From the NCBI RefSeq assembly GCF_058153355.1, contig NZ_CM177019.1: a stretch of DNA of 64,000 bases, one strand, 5' to 3'. Positions 11,593 through 23,784 of the stretch are shown here, piece by piece (position 1 is the first letter of the stretch; each line of letters starts with the position of its first letter). Both the position numbers and the translations under genes were made by a program. The notes beneath the pieces are model-generated. The model ran no database searches and was not told where the DNA came from. It was given only the letters and a program-made list of their open reading frames with translations.

Positions 11593-12324
11593 ATGAAAAA
11601 AGTTCTGATTGCCGCGTTAATTGCAGGTTTTAGTCTTTCCGCCACAGCTGCCGAAACTATTCGTTTTGCCACCGAAGCCTCCTATCCTCCGTTTGAATCA
11701 ATGGATGCAAACAACCAGATCGTTGGTTTTGACGTCGACCTGGCGCAGGCATTGTGTAAAGAGATTGATGCGACCTGCACTTTCTCTAACCAGGCGTTTG
11801 ACAGCCTGATCCCAAGCCTGAAATTCCGTCGCGTAGACGCAGTGATGGCTGGCATGGATATCACCCCGGAGCGTGAAAAGCAGGTGCTGTTTACCACGCC
11901 GTACTATGACAACTCTGCCCTGTTTGTGGGTCAACAAGGTAAATACACCAGCGTTGATCAGCTGAAAGGCAAAAAAGTCGGCGTTCAGAACGGGACGACG
12001 CACCAGAAATTCATTATGGATAAACATCCGGAAATCACCACGGTTCCTTATGATAGCTACCAGAACGCGAAACTCGATCTGCAAAACGGTCGTATCGACG
12101 GCGTTTTTGGTGACACCGCAGTGGTAACCGAATGGCTGAAAGATAACCCGAAACTGGCGGCTGTCGGCGACAAAGTGACCGATAAAGATTACTTCGGTAC
12201 TGGCCTCGGCATCGCGGTACGTCAGGGCAACACTGAACTGCAGCAGAAATTCAACACTGCGCTGGAAAAAGTGAAGAAAGATGGCACTTACGAAACCATC
12301 TACAACAAATGGTTCCAGAAGTAA
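11593..12324 (+). CDS. artI: arginine-binding periplasmic protein ArtI
   Basis: 243 aa with signal peptide; paralogous to ArtJ downstream. Confidence 0.93.
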   Translation: MKKVLIAALIAGFSLSATAAETIRFATEASYPPFESMDANNQIVGFDVDLAQALCKEIDATCTFSNQAFDSLIPSLKFRRVDAVMAGMDITPEREKQVLFTTPYYDNSALFVGQQGKYTSVDQLKGKKVGVQNGTTHQKFIMDKHPEITTVPYDSYQNAKLDLQNGRIDGVFGDTAVVTEWLKDNPKLAAVGDKVTDKDYFGTGLGIAVRQGNTELQQKFNTALEKVKKDGTYETIYNKWFQK

Positions 12325-12330
12325 TACCTG

Positions 12331-13047
12331 ATGAATGAATTTTTTCCTTTAGCAAGCGCCGCCGGGATGACCGTCGGCCTTGCCGTTTGTGCATTGATTG
12401 TCGGACTGGCGCTGGCGATGTTCTTTGCGGTGTGGGAGTCAGCAAAATGGCGTCCTGTCGCGTGGGCAGGTTCAGCGCTGGTGACCATTCTGCGCGGTCT
12501 GCCAGAAATTCTGGTGGTGCTGTTTATCTATTTTGGCTCCTCGCAGTTACTGCTGACGCTTTCGGATGGCTTCACCATCAATCTTGGGATCGTACAGATC
12601 CCGGTGCAGATGGACATTGAGAACTTCGACGTTAGCCCGTTCCTGTGTGGGGTTATCGCCCTGTCGCTACTGTATGCCGCCTATGCCTCGCAAACCCTGC
12701 GTGGCGCACTGAAAGCGGTGCCGGTGGGCCAGTGGGAATCCGGTCAGGCGCTGGGGCTGTCGAAATCGGCTATCTTTTTCCGCCTGGTGATGCCGCAGAT
12801 GTGGCGTCATGCGCTGCCTGGTCTCGGTAACCAGTGGCTGGTACTGCTGAAAGATACCGCGCTGGTCAGTTTGATAAGTGTGAATGATTTAATGCTGCAA
12901 ACCAAAAGCATCGCCACTCGTACCCAGGAGCCATTTACCTGGTACATTGTGGCGGCGGCGATTTACCTGGTGATTACCCTGCTCAGCCAGTACATTCTCA
13001 AACGCATTGACCTGCGCGCGACACGTTTTGAGCGGAGGCCTGGCTGA
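12331..13047 (+). CDS. artQ: arginine ABC transporter permease ArtQ
   Basis: 238 aa polytopic membrane protein; operon position. Confidence 0.93.
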   Translation: MNEFFPLASAAGMTVGLAVCALIVGLALAMFFAVWESAKWRPVAWAGSALVTILRGLPEILVVLFIYFGSSQLLLTLSDGFTINLGIVQIPVQMDIENFDVSPFLCGVIALSLLYAAYASQTLRGALKAVPVGQWESGQALGLSKSAIFFRLVMPQMWRHALPGLGNQWLVLLKDTALVSLISVNDLMLQTKSIATRTQEPFTWYIVAAAIYLVITLLSQYILKRIDLRATRFERRPG

Positions 13048-13715
13048 TGCTTGAGTATTTACCCGAACTGATGAAAGGGCTGCACACCAGCCTGACGCTG
13101 ACGATTGCCTCGCTGATTGTGGCGCTGATTCTGGCGTTGATTTTTACCATCATCCTGACGCTGAAAACGCCGGTACTGGTGTGGCTGGTGCGGGGCTATA
13201 TCACGCTATTTACCGGTACGCCGCTGCTGGTGCAGATCTTTCTGATTTACTACGGGCCGGGCCAGTTCCCGACGTTACAGGAATATCCGGCACTGTGGCA
13301 TCTGTTATCAGAACCGTGGTTATGCGCGCTGATTGCATTGTCACTGAACAGTGCCGCGTATACCACGCAGCTGTTTTACGGTGCAATTCGTGCGATCCCG
13401 GAAGGCCAGTGGCAATCCTGTAGTGCCCTGGGGATGAGCAAAAAAGATACGCTGGCGATCCTGCTGCCGTATGCCTTTAAACGCTCACTCTCTTCTTATT
13501 CCAACGAAGTTGTGCTGGTGTTTAAAAGTACCTCTCTGGCTTACACCATTACGCTAATGGAAGTGATGGGTTACAGCCAGTTGTTGTACGGACGCACCTA
13601 CGATGTCATGGTGTTCGGTGCGGCGGGAATTATTTACCTGGTCGTCAACGGCCTGCTGACACTGATGATGCGTCTGATAGAGCGCAAAGCGCTGGCGTTC
13701 GAGCGACGGAATTGA
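13047..13715 (+). CDS. artM: arginine ABC transporter permease ArtM
   Basis: 222 aa; start overlaps artQ stop. Confidence 0.93.
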   Translation: MLEYLPELMKGLHTSLTLTIASLIVALILALIFTIILTLKTPVLVWLVRGYITLFTGTPLLVQIFLIYYGPGQFPTLQEYPALWHLLSEPWLCALIALSLNSAAYTTQLFYGAIRAIPEGQWQSCSALGMSKKDTLAILLPYAFKRSLSSYSNEVVLVFKSTSLAYTITLMEVMGYSQLLYGRTYDVMVFGAAGIIYLVVNGLLTLMMRLIERKALAFERRN

Positions 13716-13743
13716 CATGGCTGCATGCTGATGCCGGATGATT

Positions 13744-13774
<31 letters not shown>

Positions 13775-13804
13775 TCTACCCCGGTTTCCCAGATTGCAGG
13801 CATG

Positions 13805-15112
<1,308 letters not shown>

Positions 15113-15136
15113 TAGTGCATAAAATCATATGATGAA

Positions 15137-15170
15137 GACGGACAACCCACTAAGTTGTCCGTCTTTTTTT
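15137..15170 (+). terminator. intrinsic terminator downstream of artPIQM and upstream of artJ
   Basis: GACGGACAAC-loop-GTTGTCCGTC hairpin followed by TTTTTTT. Confidence 0.55.
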
Positions 15171-15216
15171 ATTCATTATGAATTATTTAATCATATTTAT
15201 TGCATATAAATTCACT
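15169..15216 (+). promoter_or_regulatory. putative tandem ARG boxes (ArgR operator) in the artJ promoter
   Basis: ATTCATTATGAATTAT and TTGCATATAAATTCA resemble the ARG box palindrome, ~70 bp upstream of artJ. Confidence 0.45.
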
Positions 15217-15285
15217 TGATGGCATTGTTATCTCATGCCGCAGACACGGCCAAAAATCATAAGATTGACAGACGGGAGTTCCATC

Positions 15286-16017
15286 ATGAAAAAGTTAGTT
15301 CTTGCCACTTTACTTGCATCCTGTGCATTCGGCGCTTCTGCCGCAGAGAAAATCAATTTCGGCGTATCCGCGACCTATCCTCCCTTTGAATCTATAGGTG
15401 CTAATAATGAGATTGTCGGCTTTGATATCGACCTGGCAAAAGCGTTATGCAAACAGATGCAGGCAGAATGTACTTTTACTAATCACGCTTTCGACAGCCT
15501 GATCCCGTCACTGAAATTCAAAAAGTATGACGCCGTTATCTCCGGTATGGATATCACGCCGGAGCGTAGCAAGCAGGTATCATTTACCACGCCCTACTAC
15601 GAAAACTCAGCTGTTGTGATTGCCAAAAAAGATACCTACAAAACGTTTGCCGACCTGAAAGGCAAACGCATTGGGATGGAAAACGGTACAACGCACCAGA
15701 AATATATTCAGGATCAACACCCGGAAGTAAAAACTGTCTCCTATGACAGTTATCAAAATGCCTTTATCGACCTGAAAAATGGTCGTATTGATGGGGTATT
15801 TGGTGACACAGCGGTGGTTAATGAATGGCTGAAAACCAATCCACAACTGGGCGTTGCAACAGAGAAAGTAACCGACCCGCAGTACTTCGGCACCGGTCTG
15901 GGCATCGCTGTACGTCCGGATAATAAAGCCCTGCTGGAAAAACTGAATAACGCACTGGCAGCGATTAAAGCAGATGGTACGTATCAGAAAATCAATGACC
16001 AGTGGTTCCCGCAGTAA
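15286..16017 (+). CDS. artJ: arginine-binding periplasmic protein ArtJ
   Basis: 243 aa from MKKLVLATLL with signal peptide; synteny. Confidence 0.93.
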   Translation: MKKLVLATLLASCAFGASAAEKINFGVSATYPPFESIGANNEIVGFDIDLAKALCKQMQAECTFTNHAFDSLIPSLKFKKYDAVISGMDITPERSKQVSFTTPYYENSAVVIAKKDTYKTFADLKGKRIGMENGTTHQKYIQDQHPEVKTVSYDSYQNAFIDLKNGRIDGVFGDTAVVNEWLKTNPQLGVATEKVTDPQYFGTGLGIAVRPDNKALLEKLNNALAAIKADGTYQKINDQWFPQ

Positions 16018-16024
16018 GATTCAG

Positions 16025-16050
16025 AAAGCCGCAGCCGCGGCTTTTTTATT
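16025..16050 (+). terminator. intrinsic terminator after artJ (overlaps convergent rlmC stop)
   Basis: AAAGCCGC-AGCC-GCGGCTTT hairpin plus TTTTTATT. Confidence 0.6.
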
Positions 16051-17173
16051 GCTTCACCAGCAGCGTCAGCACTTCATAGTGCGCGGTGTGCGGGAACATA
16101 TCAAAAAGCTGTACCCGTTCAATACGATAACCTGACAATTCGCGGATATCTTTGGCCATCGTTTGGGCGTTACAGCTGGAGTAGATGATAAAACGCGGTG
16201 CCATCGTTGAAAGATAATCACACAGCGGTTTACCAATGCCGCGGCGCGGCGGGTTAACCAGCACCAGCTCCGGCACCTCCCCCTGAGCGGTGGCAAACTG
16301 AGTGGAGTCCAGCGCCTGAAATTGCAAACGCGTTAAGCCCAGTTCAGCAGCTGACTGCTTCGCACAGGCAATGGCCTCTGGCGCAATTTCGATCCCGGTT
16401 AACTGCATGTCAGGCGTCGCGCAGTGTAAACCAAAGCCGCCCACGCCACAGAACAGATCCCACATATGTTTAACCGGCAACTGTCGTACCCAGTCGCGCG
16501 CAGTAGCGTACAGCTGGCTGGCGACCACCGGATTAGTCTGGAAGAAACTTTGTGGACGGATCCACAGCGGCACATCGTTAAAACGCTCAGCCAGCGCCTG
16601 TTGTTCGCTCAGATAAATCTCCGTCTCCCCTTCCATAATCGCCATATGTACCGGCTGAATATTGACGGTAATAACTTTCAGCTGCGGTAATTGTTCCTGT
16701 AACCACGGCAGCGCCTTACGCATTTGCGCCAGTTTGGTATCAGAACGCAGTACAAAACGCAGCATCATGCCGCCATCGCTCTGGCTTTCAGTCAGCAGAA
16801 TGTATTTCAGTTCACCACGCTTACGCGCCACGTTGTAAGGCGTTAAACCCGCACGGGCGATAAACGGTTTTAGCGCCGCAAAAACGGGCGCAAATGAGGC
16901 TGGATAAAGCGGGCAGTCACAAAGGTCTTCCGGTGTACCATCTCGATGCAGCATACCGAGCAGTGGTTTTTCAACGCTACCACTCACCACCATTTTAGCT
17001 TTATTACGAAACCCTTGTTCCGGGCCTGACACCGGCGCACACCATTCCTCAACCGGAAAATCAGCGAGCAGATTTTTAAGATCGGCGGTTTTAGCGGAGA
17101 GTTGCTCTGGAATCGGCTACGTTATCCACTGACAGGAACGACAGCGACCCGCGTCGTAAAGTGCGCACTGCAT
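16046..17173 (-). pseudogene. rlmC: 23S rRNA (uracil747-C5)-methyltransferase RlmC interrupted by an in-frame amber codon at codon 19
   Basis: From ATG at 17171-17173 the frame reads [24 protein letters not shown]...; TAG at 17117-17119 where K-12 has Gln as I recall it; rest of the 375-codon frame intact. Confidence 0.8.
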
Positions 17174-17213
17174 ACATTGACCTTCACATCATCAGGGGCG
17201 ACGATTATACACA

Positions 17214-17702
17214 TTATTGCAACTGGAAGAACCGCCGACTGGTCGAGGGAACGAACAGTAGCAACAGGATGAGCATATCCGGCAACTTCTGCAGCATCAG
17301 GCTATGGAAGATTTCACGTTTTGATTCACCGGGAATGCTGAACAGCTCCGGATAACCATAACCCAGCGAAGCCGCCCACAAATAACTGGCGGCCGTGATT
17401 TGTGTCAACAGATACAGCCAGCGCGCCCAGCGACGCCCTTTCACCAGTGAAAACGCACACCAGATCTCAATGAAAACCAGCACAAGGCTGCTTAAAAAGA
17501 CCAGTGTTAAACTCCAGGTTTGTACGCTGCGATGAATGAACTCGCCAATACCGCGCACGCCCAGCGTATTGAAAATCATCAGCACGTCGAGGCCACGGAT
17601 CATAATAATGGCAAGCGCCGCCACCTGTACCAGCGCAGGCACATTCAGGCGAGCATGAGATGAAGATGTTTTCTTAAAAAATCCCAACGTTTCGTCTTCC
17701 AT
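17214..17702 (-). CDS. ybjO: inner membrane protein YbjO
   Basis: 162 aa hydrophobic protein; synteny. Confidence 0.85.
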   Translation of the reverse strand: MEDETLGFFKKTSSSHARLNVPALVQVAALAIIMIRGLDVLMIFNTLGVRGIGEFIHRSVQTWSLTLVFLSSLVLVFIEIWCAFSLVKGRRWARWLYLLTQITAASYLWAASLGYGYPELFSIPGESKREIFHSLMLQKLPDMLILLLLFVPSTSRRFFQLQ

Positions 17703-17761
17703 GAAAACAATGCCGCGACATGCGCGGCATTATGTAGCCAGGTTGGCAAATTTTAGTGTCT

Positions 17762-18607
17762 TCAGCCACGTCTTGCACGCTGGATATCGCGTATCCGCTG
17801 TTTTTCTGCGCGCGCCATCAGATACCAGGCGATAAATCCGACAATTCCGACTGCGCCGAGGATCAATGTTGCCAGGGCGTTGATTTCCGGATTCACCCCC
17901 ATCCGCACGCTGGAGAAGACCAGCATCGGTAACGTGGTGGCTCCTGGCCCGGAAACAAAGCTGGCAATCACCAGATCGTCGAGCGACAGAGTAAAAGCCA
18001 GTAACCAGCCAGAAATGATCGCGGGCATGATCATCGGTAGCGTAATGACGAAAAACACTTTCAGCGGCGTCGCACCGAGATCCATCGCTGCTTCTTCAAT
18101 GGAACGGTCCAGCTCCCGCAGACGCGACGAAATAACGACTGCCACATAAGCCGTACAGAAAGTGACATGCGCCAGCCAGATGGTGAGCATGCCTCGCTCC
18201 GCAGGCCAGCCGATGGCATGTGCAAGTGCGACGAATAACAACAACAGCGACAAGCCCGTGATCACATCCGGCATCACCAGCGGCGCGGTGATCATAAAGG
18301 CAAAACCATTTGATCCGCGAAACCTGCCAAAGCGCACCAGCACGACCGCCGCAATCGTCCCGAGGATCGCCGCCGCCGTCGCCGCACAGGCCGCAATTGT
18401 CAGGCTTAAACCAACCGCACTCATCATCGCGTCATCGCGCAATAATTCGCCATACCAGCGCGTTGACCAGCCGGCCCACACCGTCACCAGCTTCGAGCTG
18501 TTGAATGAATAGATCACCAGCATCAGCATTGGCGCATAGAGAAAGGTGAAGCCCAGCAGCAAAATCACAATTCGCCAGGGCGAACGAACTACCGGTAAAT
18601 TATTCAT
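17762..18607 (-). CDS. potI: putrescine ABC transporter permease PotI
   Basis: 281 aa from MNNLPVVRSPW; start overlaps potH stop. Confidence 0.93.
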   Translation of the reverse strand: MNNLPVVRSPWRIVILLLGFTFLYAPMLMLVIYSFNSSKLVTVWAGWSTRWYGELLRDDAMMSAVGLSLTIAACAATAAAILGTIAAVVLVRFGRFRGSNGFAFMITAPLVMPDVITGLSLLLLFVALAHAIGWPAERGMLTIWLAHVTFCTAYVAVVISSRLRELDRSIEEAAMDLGATPLKVFFVITLPMIMPAIISGWLLAFTLSLDDLVIASFVSGPGATTLPMLVFSSVRMGVNPEINALATLILGAVGIVGFIAWYLMARAEKQRIRDIQRARRG

Positions 18608-19557
18608 CCGTGTTCTCCCACGCTTTTTTGCTGATGCTTGTGGAACCACATTATCGGCACAATTAGCAGCAGCAACATGATGATCGCTACCGCAGAGGCC
18701 ACCGGCCAGTCGCGGTTATTGAAAAACTCCTGCCACAGCACGCGCCCGATCATGATGCTATCCGGACCGCCGAGCAGCTCCGGGATTACAAACTCGCCCA
18801 CTGCCGGGATAAAAACCAGCATTGATCCGGCAATAATCCCGCCTTTGGTCAGCGGCACGATCACAGTAAAGAACGTTTTCAGCGGTCGTGCACCGAGATC
18901 CAGTGCCGCTTCCACCAGCGAATAATCAATACGAATCAAGGCGGTGTAGATCGGCAGCACCATAAACGGTACATAGGCATAAACAATGCCAATATAAACG
19001 GCCAGGTTTGTATGCAGAATGGTCAGCGGCTGGTCGATAACCCCCAGCCACAGCAGAAAATTATTCAGCACGCCGTTATTTTTTAATATTCCCATCCAGG
19101 CATAAACGCGGATCAGAAACGAGGTCCACGACGGCAGGATCACCAGCAGCAATAAGATATTGCGGGTCGAGGGCTTACTGTGCGCCACCGCCCACGCCAG
19201 CGGATAGCCGATCAGTAAACAACAAATTGTCGAAATCGCCGCAACCTGTAACGACTGGAGATATGCATCGAAATAGAGCGGATCGTCAGTCAGTTGCAGG
19301 AAATTACCGAGATTAAGAGTGATGGAAAGTTGCCCGTCAGCCCACTCCATCAGTTCAGTATAAGGTGGAATAGCGCGCGCCATCTCCGCCAGGCTTATTT
19401 TAAAGACAATCAGAAATGGCAGCAGAAACAGTAAGATCAACCAGATATACGGCAACGCAATGATCAGTTTGCGCCCATGCTTCATTTGCAGCTGCGACAA
19501 CCACAGCTTAAATCCGCCCGGCGGTTTCGACTGGGCAGCAGGTTCAAGTGTACTCAT
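18604..19557 (-). CDS. potH: putrescine ABC transporter permease PotH
   Basis: 317 aa membrane protein; operon position. Confidence 0.93.
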   Translation of the reverse strand: MSTLEPAAQSKPPGGFKLWLSQLQMKHGRKLIIALPYIWLILLFLLPFLIVFKISLAEMARAIPPYTELMEWADGQLSITLNLGNFLQLTDDPLYFDAYLQSLQVAAISTICCLLIGYPLAWAVAHSKPSTRNILLLLVILPSWTSFLIRVYAWMGILKNNGVLNNFLLWLGVIDQPLTILHTNLAVYIGIVYAYVPFMVLPIYTALIRIDYSLVEAALDLGARPLKTFFTVIVPLTKGGIIAGSMLVFIPAVGEFVIPELLGGPDSIMIGRVLWQEFFNNRDWPVASAVAIIMLLLLIVPIMWFHKHQQKSVGEHG

Positions 19558-19566
19558 CTTTGCTCC

Positions 19567-20700
19567 TTAAACCGTCAACACCACACAGCTGTCCACTTCC
19601 CAGCACAAACGCACTTCGTCGCCCCAGGTCGGTAACCCTTTGCGATAACGATGGGCGTTTTGTAGCTGGGCGCTAATCATCTGCCCGCTTTTTAGACGAA
19701 CGTGATACACCGAAAGATCGCCGAGATAGGCAATGTGCATCACCTCCCCTACCGCGAAGTTACAACCATTGGCGGGCGGCTCCTCGCAGAGCATGATTTT
19801 TTCCGGACGCAGCGCCACATGCACCGGCACGTTATCGACCACCGAAGCATCTACATCAACTTTCAGTGGATGCACCAGCCCCGGCGAATAAAGCACCAGA
19901 CCATCTTCCTGACGCTCTTTGAGTACACCTTCAAAGACGTTTACCGAACCGATAAATTCAGCGCTATAGCGGGTGGTCGGATGCTCGTAGATCTCTTCCG
20001 GCTCGCCAATCTGGACAAATTTCCCACGATTCATAATGGCGATACGCCCCGCCATGGTCATCGCCTCTTCCTGATCGTGGGTGACCATCACACAAGTCAC
20101 ACCGACGCGCTCCAGAATATCCACCACTTCAAGCTGCATCCGGTCACGCAATTTTTTATCCAGCGCGCCCATCGGCTCGTCGAGCAGTAATAGTTTTGGG
20201 CGCTTGGCAAGGCTTCGGGCCAGCACCACACGCTGTCGCTGACCGCCGGAAAGCTGATGCGGTTTGCGTTTGGCGAACTCCTGCATATGCACCAGCCCAA
20301 GCATCTCATTGACCCGGCTGGCAATTTCTGCTTTCGGCAGCTTGTCCTGTTTCAGGCCAAAGGCGATGTTCTGCTCCACGGTCATATGCGGAAACAGCGC
20401 GTAAGACTGAAACATCATATTGATAGGGCGCAGGTAAGGCGGCACCTGTGATAAATCGACGCCATCGAGCATAATCTGCCCGGCAGAAGGTTGTTCGAAA
20501 CCTGCCAGCATACGCAGCAGCGTGGACTTGCCACAGCCGGATGCGCCCAGCAGCGCGAAGATTTCGCCTTTATAGATGGTCAGGCTGACATCATCGACCG
20601 CATGCTGACCATCGTAAGATTTAGTCAGATTACGGATTTCTAATAGCGGCGTCAGCGCCTTACGGGTTTTCGCCTGCGGGCGAGGGATAGCGTCATTCAC
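19567..20700 (-). CDS. potG: putrescine ABC transporter ATP-binding protein PotG
   Basis: GTG start at 20698-20700 gives 377 aa (MNDAIPRPQ...); Walker A GASGCGKST, signature LSGGQRQR. Confidence 0.93.
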   Translation of the reverse strand: MNDAIPRPQAKTRKALTPLLEIRNLTKSYDGQHAVDDVSLTIYKGEIFALLGASGCGKSTLLRMLAGFEQPSAGQIMLDGVDLSQVPPYLRPINMMFQSYALFPHMTVEQNIAFGLKQDKLPKAEIASRVNEMLGLVHMQEFAKRKPHQLSGGQRQRVVLARSLAKRPKLLLLDEPMGALDKKLRDRMQLEVVDILERVGVTCVMVTHDQEEAMTMAGRIAIMNRGKFVQIGEPEEIYEHPTTRYSAEFIGSVNVFEGVLKERQEDGLVLYSPGLVHPLKVDVDASVVDNVPVHVALRPEKIMLCEEPPANGCNFAVGEVMHIAYLGDLSVYHVRLKSGQMISAQLQNAHRYRKGLPTWGDEVRLCWEVDSCVVLTV

Positions 20701-20794
20701 GGCTGCTCTCCGGCATTGAATGTGTGCAAGCGCACCATAATGGTGCGAATTGCCGGCGGGTGTGGTGCGCCCGTCCGGCATCTACGACTGCGGA

Positions 20795-21907
20795 TTATTT
20801 TCCGCTCTTCACTTTGGTCCACGCGCGGGTGCGCACACGGTCGATTTTTGGATCCTGCACTTTCAGAGTGAACAACTTCGCACGAACGTCCGCCGGAGGA
20901 TAAATCCCTGGATTATCACGCACTTCCGCGCTTACCAGCGGCGTAGCTTCTTTGTTAGCATTGGCATAGAACACATGGTCGGAAATATGCGCCACCACAT
21001 CCGGGCGCAGCAGGTAATTCAGGAATTGATAGGCTTCGTCTTTATTTTTGGCATCCGCAGGCATGGCGAAGACATCAAAGAACGCCATCGCCCCTTCTTT
21101 CGGAATCGAGAACGAGACATTAACGCCATTCTTCGCTTCCTTCGCGCGGTTTGACGCCTGCCAGACATCGCCCGCCCAGCCAATAGCGACGCAGATATCG
21201 CCGTTTGCCAGGTCGTTAATGTATTGAGATGAATGGAAATAACGAATGTTCGGGCGCAGCTTTAACAGCAGATCGGTTGCCGGTCCGGTGTAATCATCTG
21301 CTTTAGTGCTGTTGGGATCTTTACCGAGATAATTCAGCACGGTAGCAAACACTTCTTCCGGTGCATCAAGGAAAGAGACGCCGCAGCTTTTCAGTTTTTC
21401 CAGATTTTCAGGTTTGAGGATCAAGTCCCAGCTATCGACGGGCGCGTTTTCGCCCAGCACCGCTTTAACTTTATCGACGTTATAACCAATCCCGGTCGTC
21501 GCCCACATATAGGGCATAGCAAATTTATTGTCGGGATCGTGTTTGGCGACCAACTTCAGCAGTTCCGGGTCGAGATTCTTCCACTCCGGCAATTTGTTTT
21601 TATCCAGTGGCTGGAAAACTCCCGCAGTCAACTGGCGCTCCAGAAAGCTGGCAGATGGAACCACCAGGTCAAAGCCGGTGCTCCCTGCCATTAATTTGCC
21701 TTCCAGTACTTCGTTAGAGTCGAAAACATCGTAGACGACTTTAATACCGGTTTCTTTTTCAAAATTGGCCACCGTGTCCGGGGCGATATAATCAGACCAG
21801 TTATAAATGTGGAGTGTTTTTTGTTCAGCCGCGAGCGTGCCGACAGAGACGGCCATCAGAGCACCCGCAACCAGACCCGATAGCCATTTTTTATTTAAGG
21901 CGGTCAT
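20795..21907 (-). CDS. potF: putrescine-binding periplasmic protein PotF
   Basis: 370 aa from MTALNKKWLSGL with signal peptide. Confidence 0.93.
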   Translation of the reverse strand: MTALNKKWLSGLVAGALMAVSVGTLAAEQKTLHIYNWSDYIAPDTVANFEKETGIKVVYDVFDSNEVLEGKLMAGSTGFDLVVPSASFLERQLTAGVFQPLDKNKLPEWKNLDPELLKLVAKHDPDNKFAMPYMWATTGIGYNVDKVKAVLGENAPVDSWDLILKPENLEKLKSCGVSFLDAPEEVFATVLNYLGKDPNSTKADDYTGPATDLLLKLRPNIRYFHSSQYINDLANGDICVAIGWAGDVWQASNRAKEAKNGVNVSFSIPKEGAMAFFDVFAMPADAKNKDEAYQFLNYLLRPDVVAHISDHVFYANANKEATPLVSAEVRDNPGIYPPADVRAKLFTLKVQDPKIDRVRTRAWTKVKSGK

Positions 21908-22257
21908 ATCTCTTTCCTTCTGAAAGTTCGTTAACAAACGAACAAAAGTTGTCACACTGAAAGATATGCAATATTCGTGCATATTTTTTATCGGCTCGGT
22001 GTAAGAAAAGAGAACTCTCTCCCGGCCAGCACTGCTCGCTATATAAAAGCATCGCAAGAATAACTTTAGCCAGGGTTTGAGACTATAGCTCGGATTAAAA
22101 AACGGTATTTAACAAATTTTTATGCGTATTTGCTCTATGTGATAAAGCCAAATCGGCACAAGAGAAGTGAAATAATCTTTAAGAAAAGGTTAAAAATAGC
22201 AGATAATTTTGCAGCACGCAGTCACTGCGGCAGCGACTGCGTACTCGAAAGGTGTTA

Positions 22258-22734
22258 TCAGTGGAGGAAATAGTTTTCGGTAACGTTGTTTTGCCCTTCA
22301 TCGTCAGTCGGTAACAGCAGTTGATGGGCATTAGCTTCAAGAATGACCATCGAAATCTGCTCTTCGCTCTGACGCACGAACCATGCAAACTGCTCATAGG
22401 TTACGCCCTGCATAACGGATAAAGACTGGCAAACCACCAGCTTTGGCAGATTATCATCCTGCATATCAAGAAATGCTTTCACGGTCAGCGAACTGGCATT
22501 GATGGCTGATAAATCCGCCGCCAGCGGCAATACGGCTGAAGGTCGGACTTCCGCCATGGCAGAAAACAGGATCGTGTTATCGATCAGATCGATTTTGGCA
22601 TCAAAGACACCGTCGAAATTCTGCATATGGGGCAGATGCAGAGCCTGACAGTTATCACATTCAAAAAAACTCATCCCCAGGTCATCGAGCCATTGACGCA
22701 ACGTATCCAGACCAGGAACGACCAGCGATGTCAT
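22258..22734 (-). CDS. ybjN: putative sensory transduction regulator YbjN
   Basis: 158 aa from MTSLVVPGLD; synteny. Confidence 0.85.
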   Translation of the reverse strand: MTSLVVPGLDTLRQWLDDLGMSFFECDNCQALHLPHMQNFDGVFDAKIDLIDNTILFSAMAEVRPSAVLPLAADLSAINASSLTVKAFLDMQDDNLPKLVVCQSLSVMQGVTYEQFAWFVRQSEEQISMVILEANAHQLLLPTDDEGQNNVTENYFLH

Positions 22735-22821
22735 AATTTTGTACAACCTCTTCCGATAAAAAGACCGGCACAGCTTACGCAAAAAGCGCAGGCAAAACCA
22801 TGATCAGTAATGTGATTGCGA

Positions 22822-23724
22822 CTAACCACCCGTTTTCAGGCAATATTCTGTCGTGGCGTTGCGTTCGATCCAACGGATCATTTTACCCGCGATGTCGATA
22901 CCGGTGGTTTTTTCTATTCCTTCCAGCCCCGGCGACGCATTCACCTCCATCACCAATGGCCCGCGATTAGCACGCAGAATATCCACACCAGCAACGTCCA
23001 GCGCCATCGTTCGCGCGGCTTTTATCGCGATTTCACGCTCCTGTGGTGTGATACTGGCGACGCTTGCCGCGCCTCCACGATGCAAATTGGAACGAAAATC
23101 GCCCTCTTTCGCCCGCCGTTCAATCGCAGCGACCACTTCATCGCCAACAACCAGACAGCGGATATCGCACCCTTGCGCCTCTTTGATATATTCCTGCACC
23201 AAAATATGCGCGTTCAGACCGCGGAAAGCGTCAATCACGCTTTCCGCCGCCTGACGCGTCTCCGCCAGCACGACACCAATTCCCTGCGTACCTTCAACCA
23301 GCTTAACCACCAGCGGCGCACCACCGACCATGTCGATTAAATCGCTGGTATCATCCGGCGAATGCGCAATGCCCGTGACAGGCAGGTCGATGCCCTGACG
23401 CGCCAGCAGCTGCATGGAACGCAACTTGTCACGCGCCCGGGCAATGGCGACCGACTCATTGAGCGGATAGCTCCCCAGCATTTCAAACTGACGTAGCGCC
23501 GCCGTCCCATAAAAGGTAATGGCGGTGCCAATACGCGGGATCACAGCGTCAAAATGGGGTAACTTGCGGCCTTTGTAGTGAATAGAAGACGCCGCAGGAT
23601 TTATGTTCATGTAGCAAGAAAGCGGATCAAGAATTTCAACCAGGTGACCACGCTGTATAGCGGCTTCACGCAGCCGCTTACACGAATAGAGCGTTCCATC
23701 CCGGGACAATATGGCAATTTTCAC
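22822..23724 (-). CDS. rimK: ribosomal protein S6 L-glutamate ligase RimK (ATP-grasp)
   Basis: 300 aa ORF recognised as RimK. Confidence 0.93.
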   Translation of the reverse strand: MKIAILSRDGTLYSCKRLREAAIQRGHLVEILDPLSCYMNINPAASSIHYKGRKLPHFDAVIPRIGTAITFYGTAALRQFEMLGSYPLNESVAIARARDKLRSMQLLARQGIDLPVTGIAHSPDDTSDLIDMVGGAPLVVKLVEGTQGIGVVLAETRQAAESVIDAFRGLNAHILVQEYIKEAQGCDIRCLVVGDEVVAAIERRAKEGDFRSNLHRGGAASVASITPQEREIAIKAARTMALDVAGVDILRANRGPLVMEVNASPGLEGIEKTTGIDIAGKMIRWIERNATTEYCLKTGG

Positions 23725-23784
23725 CCTGCACCTCTCTGTCAGACCTGGTCAAAAGCCCGCGTATCATACATCGGCGTGGCGGTT

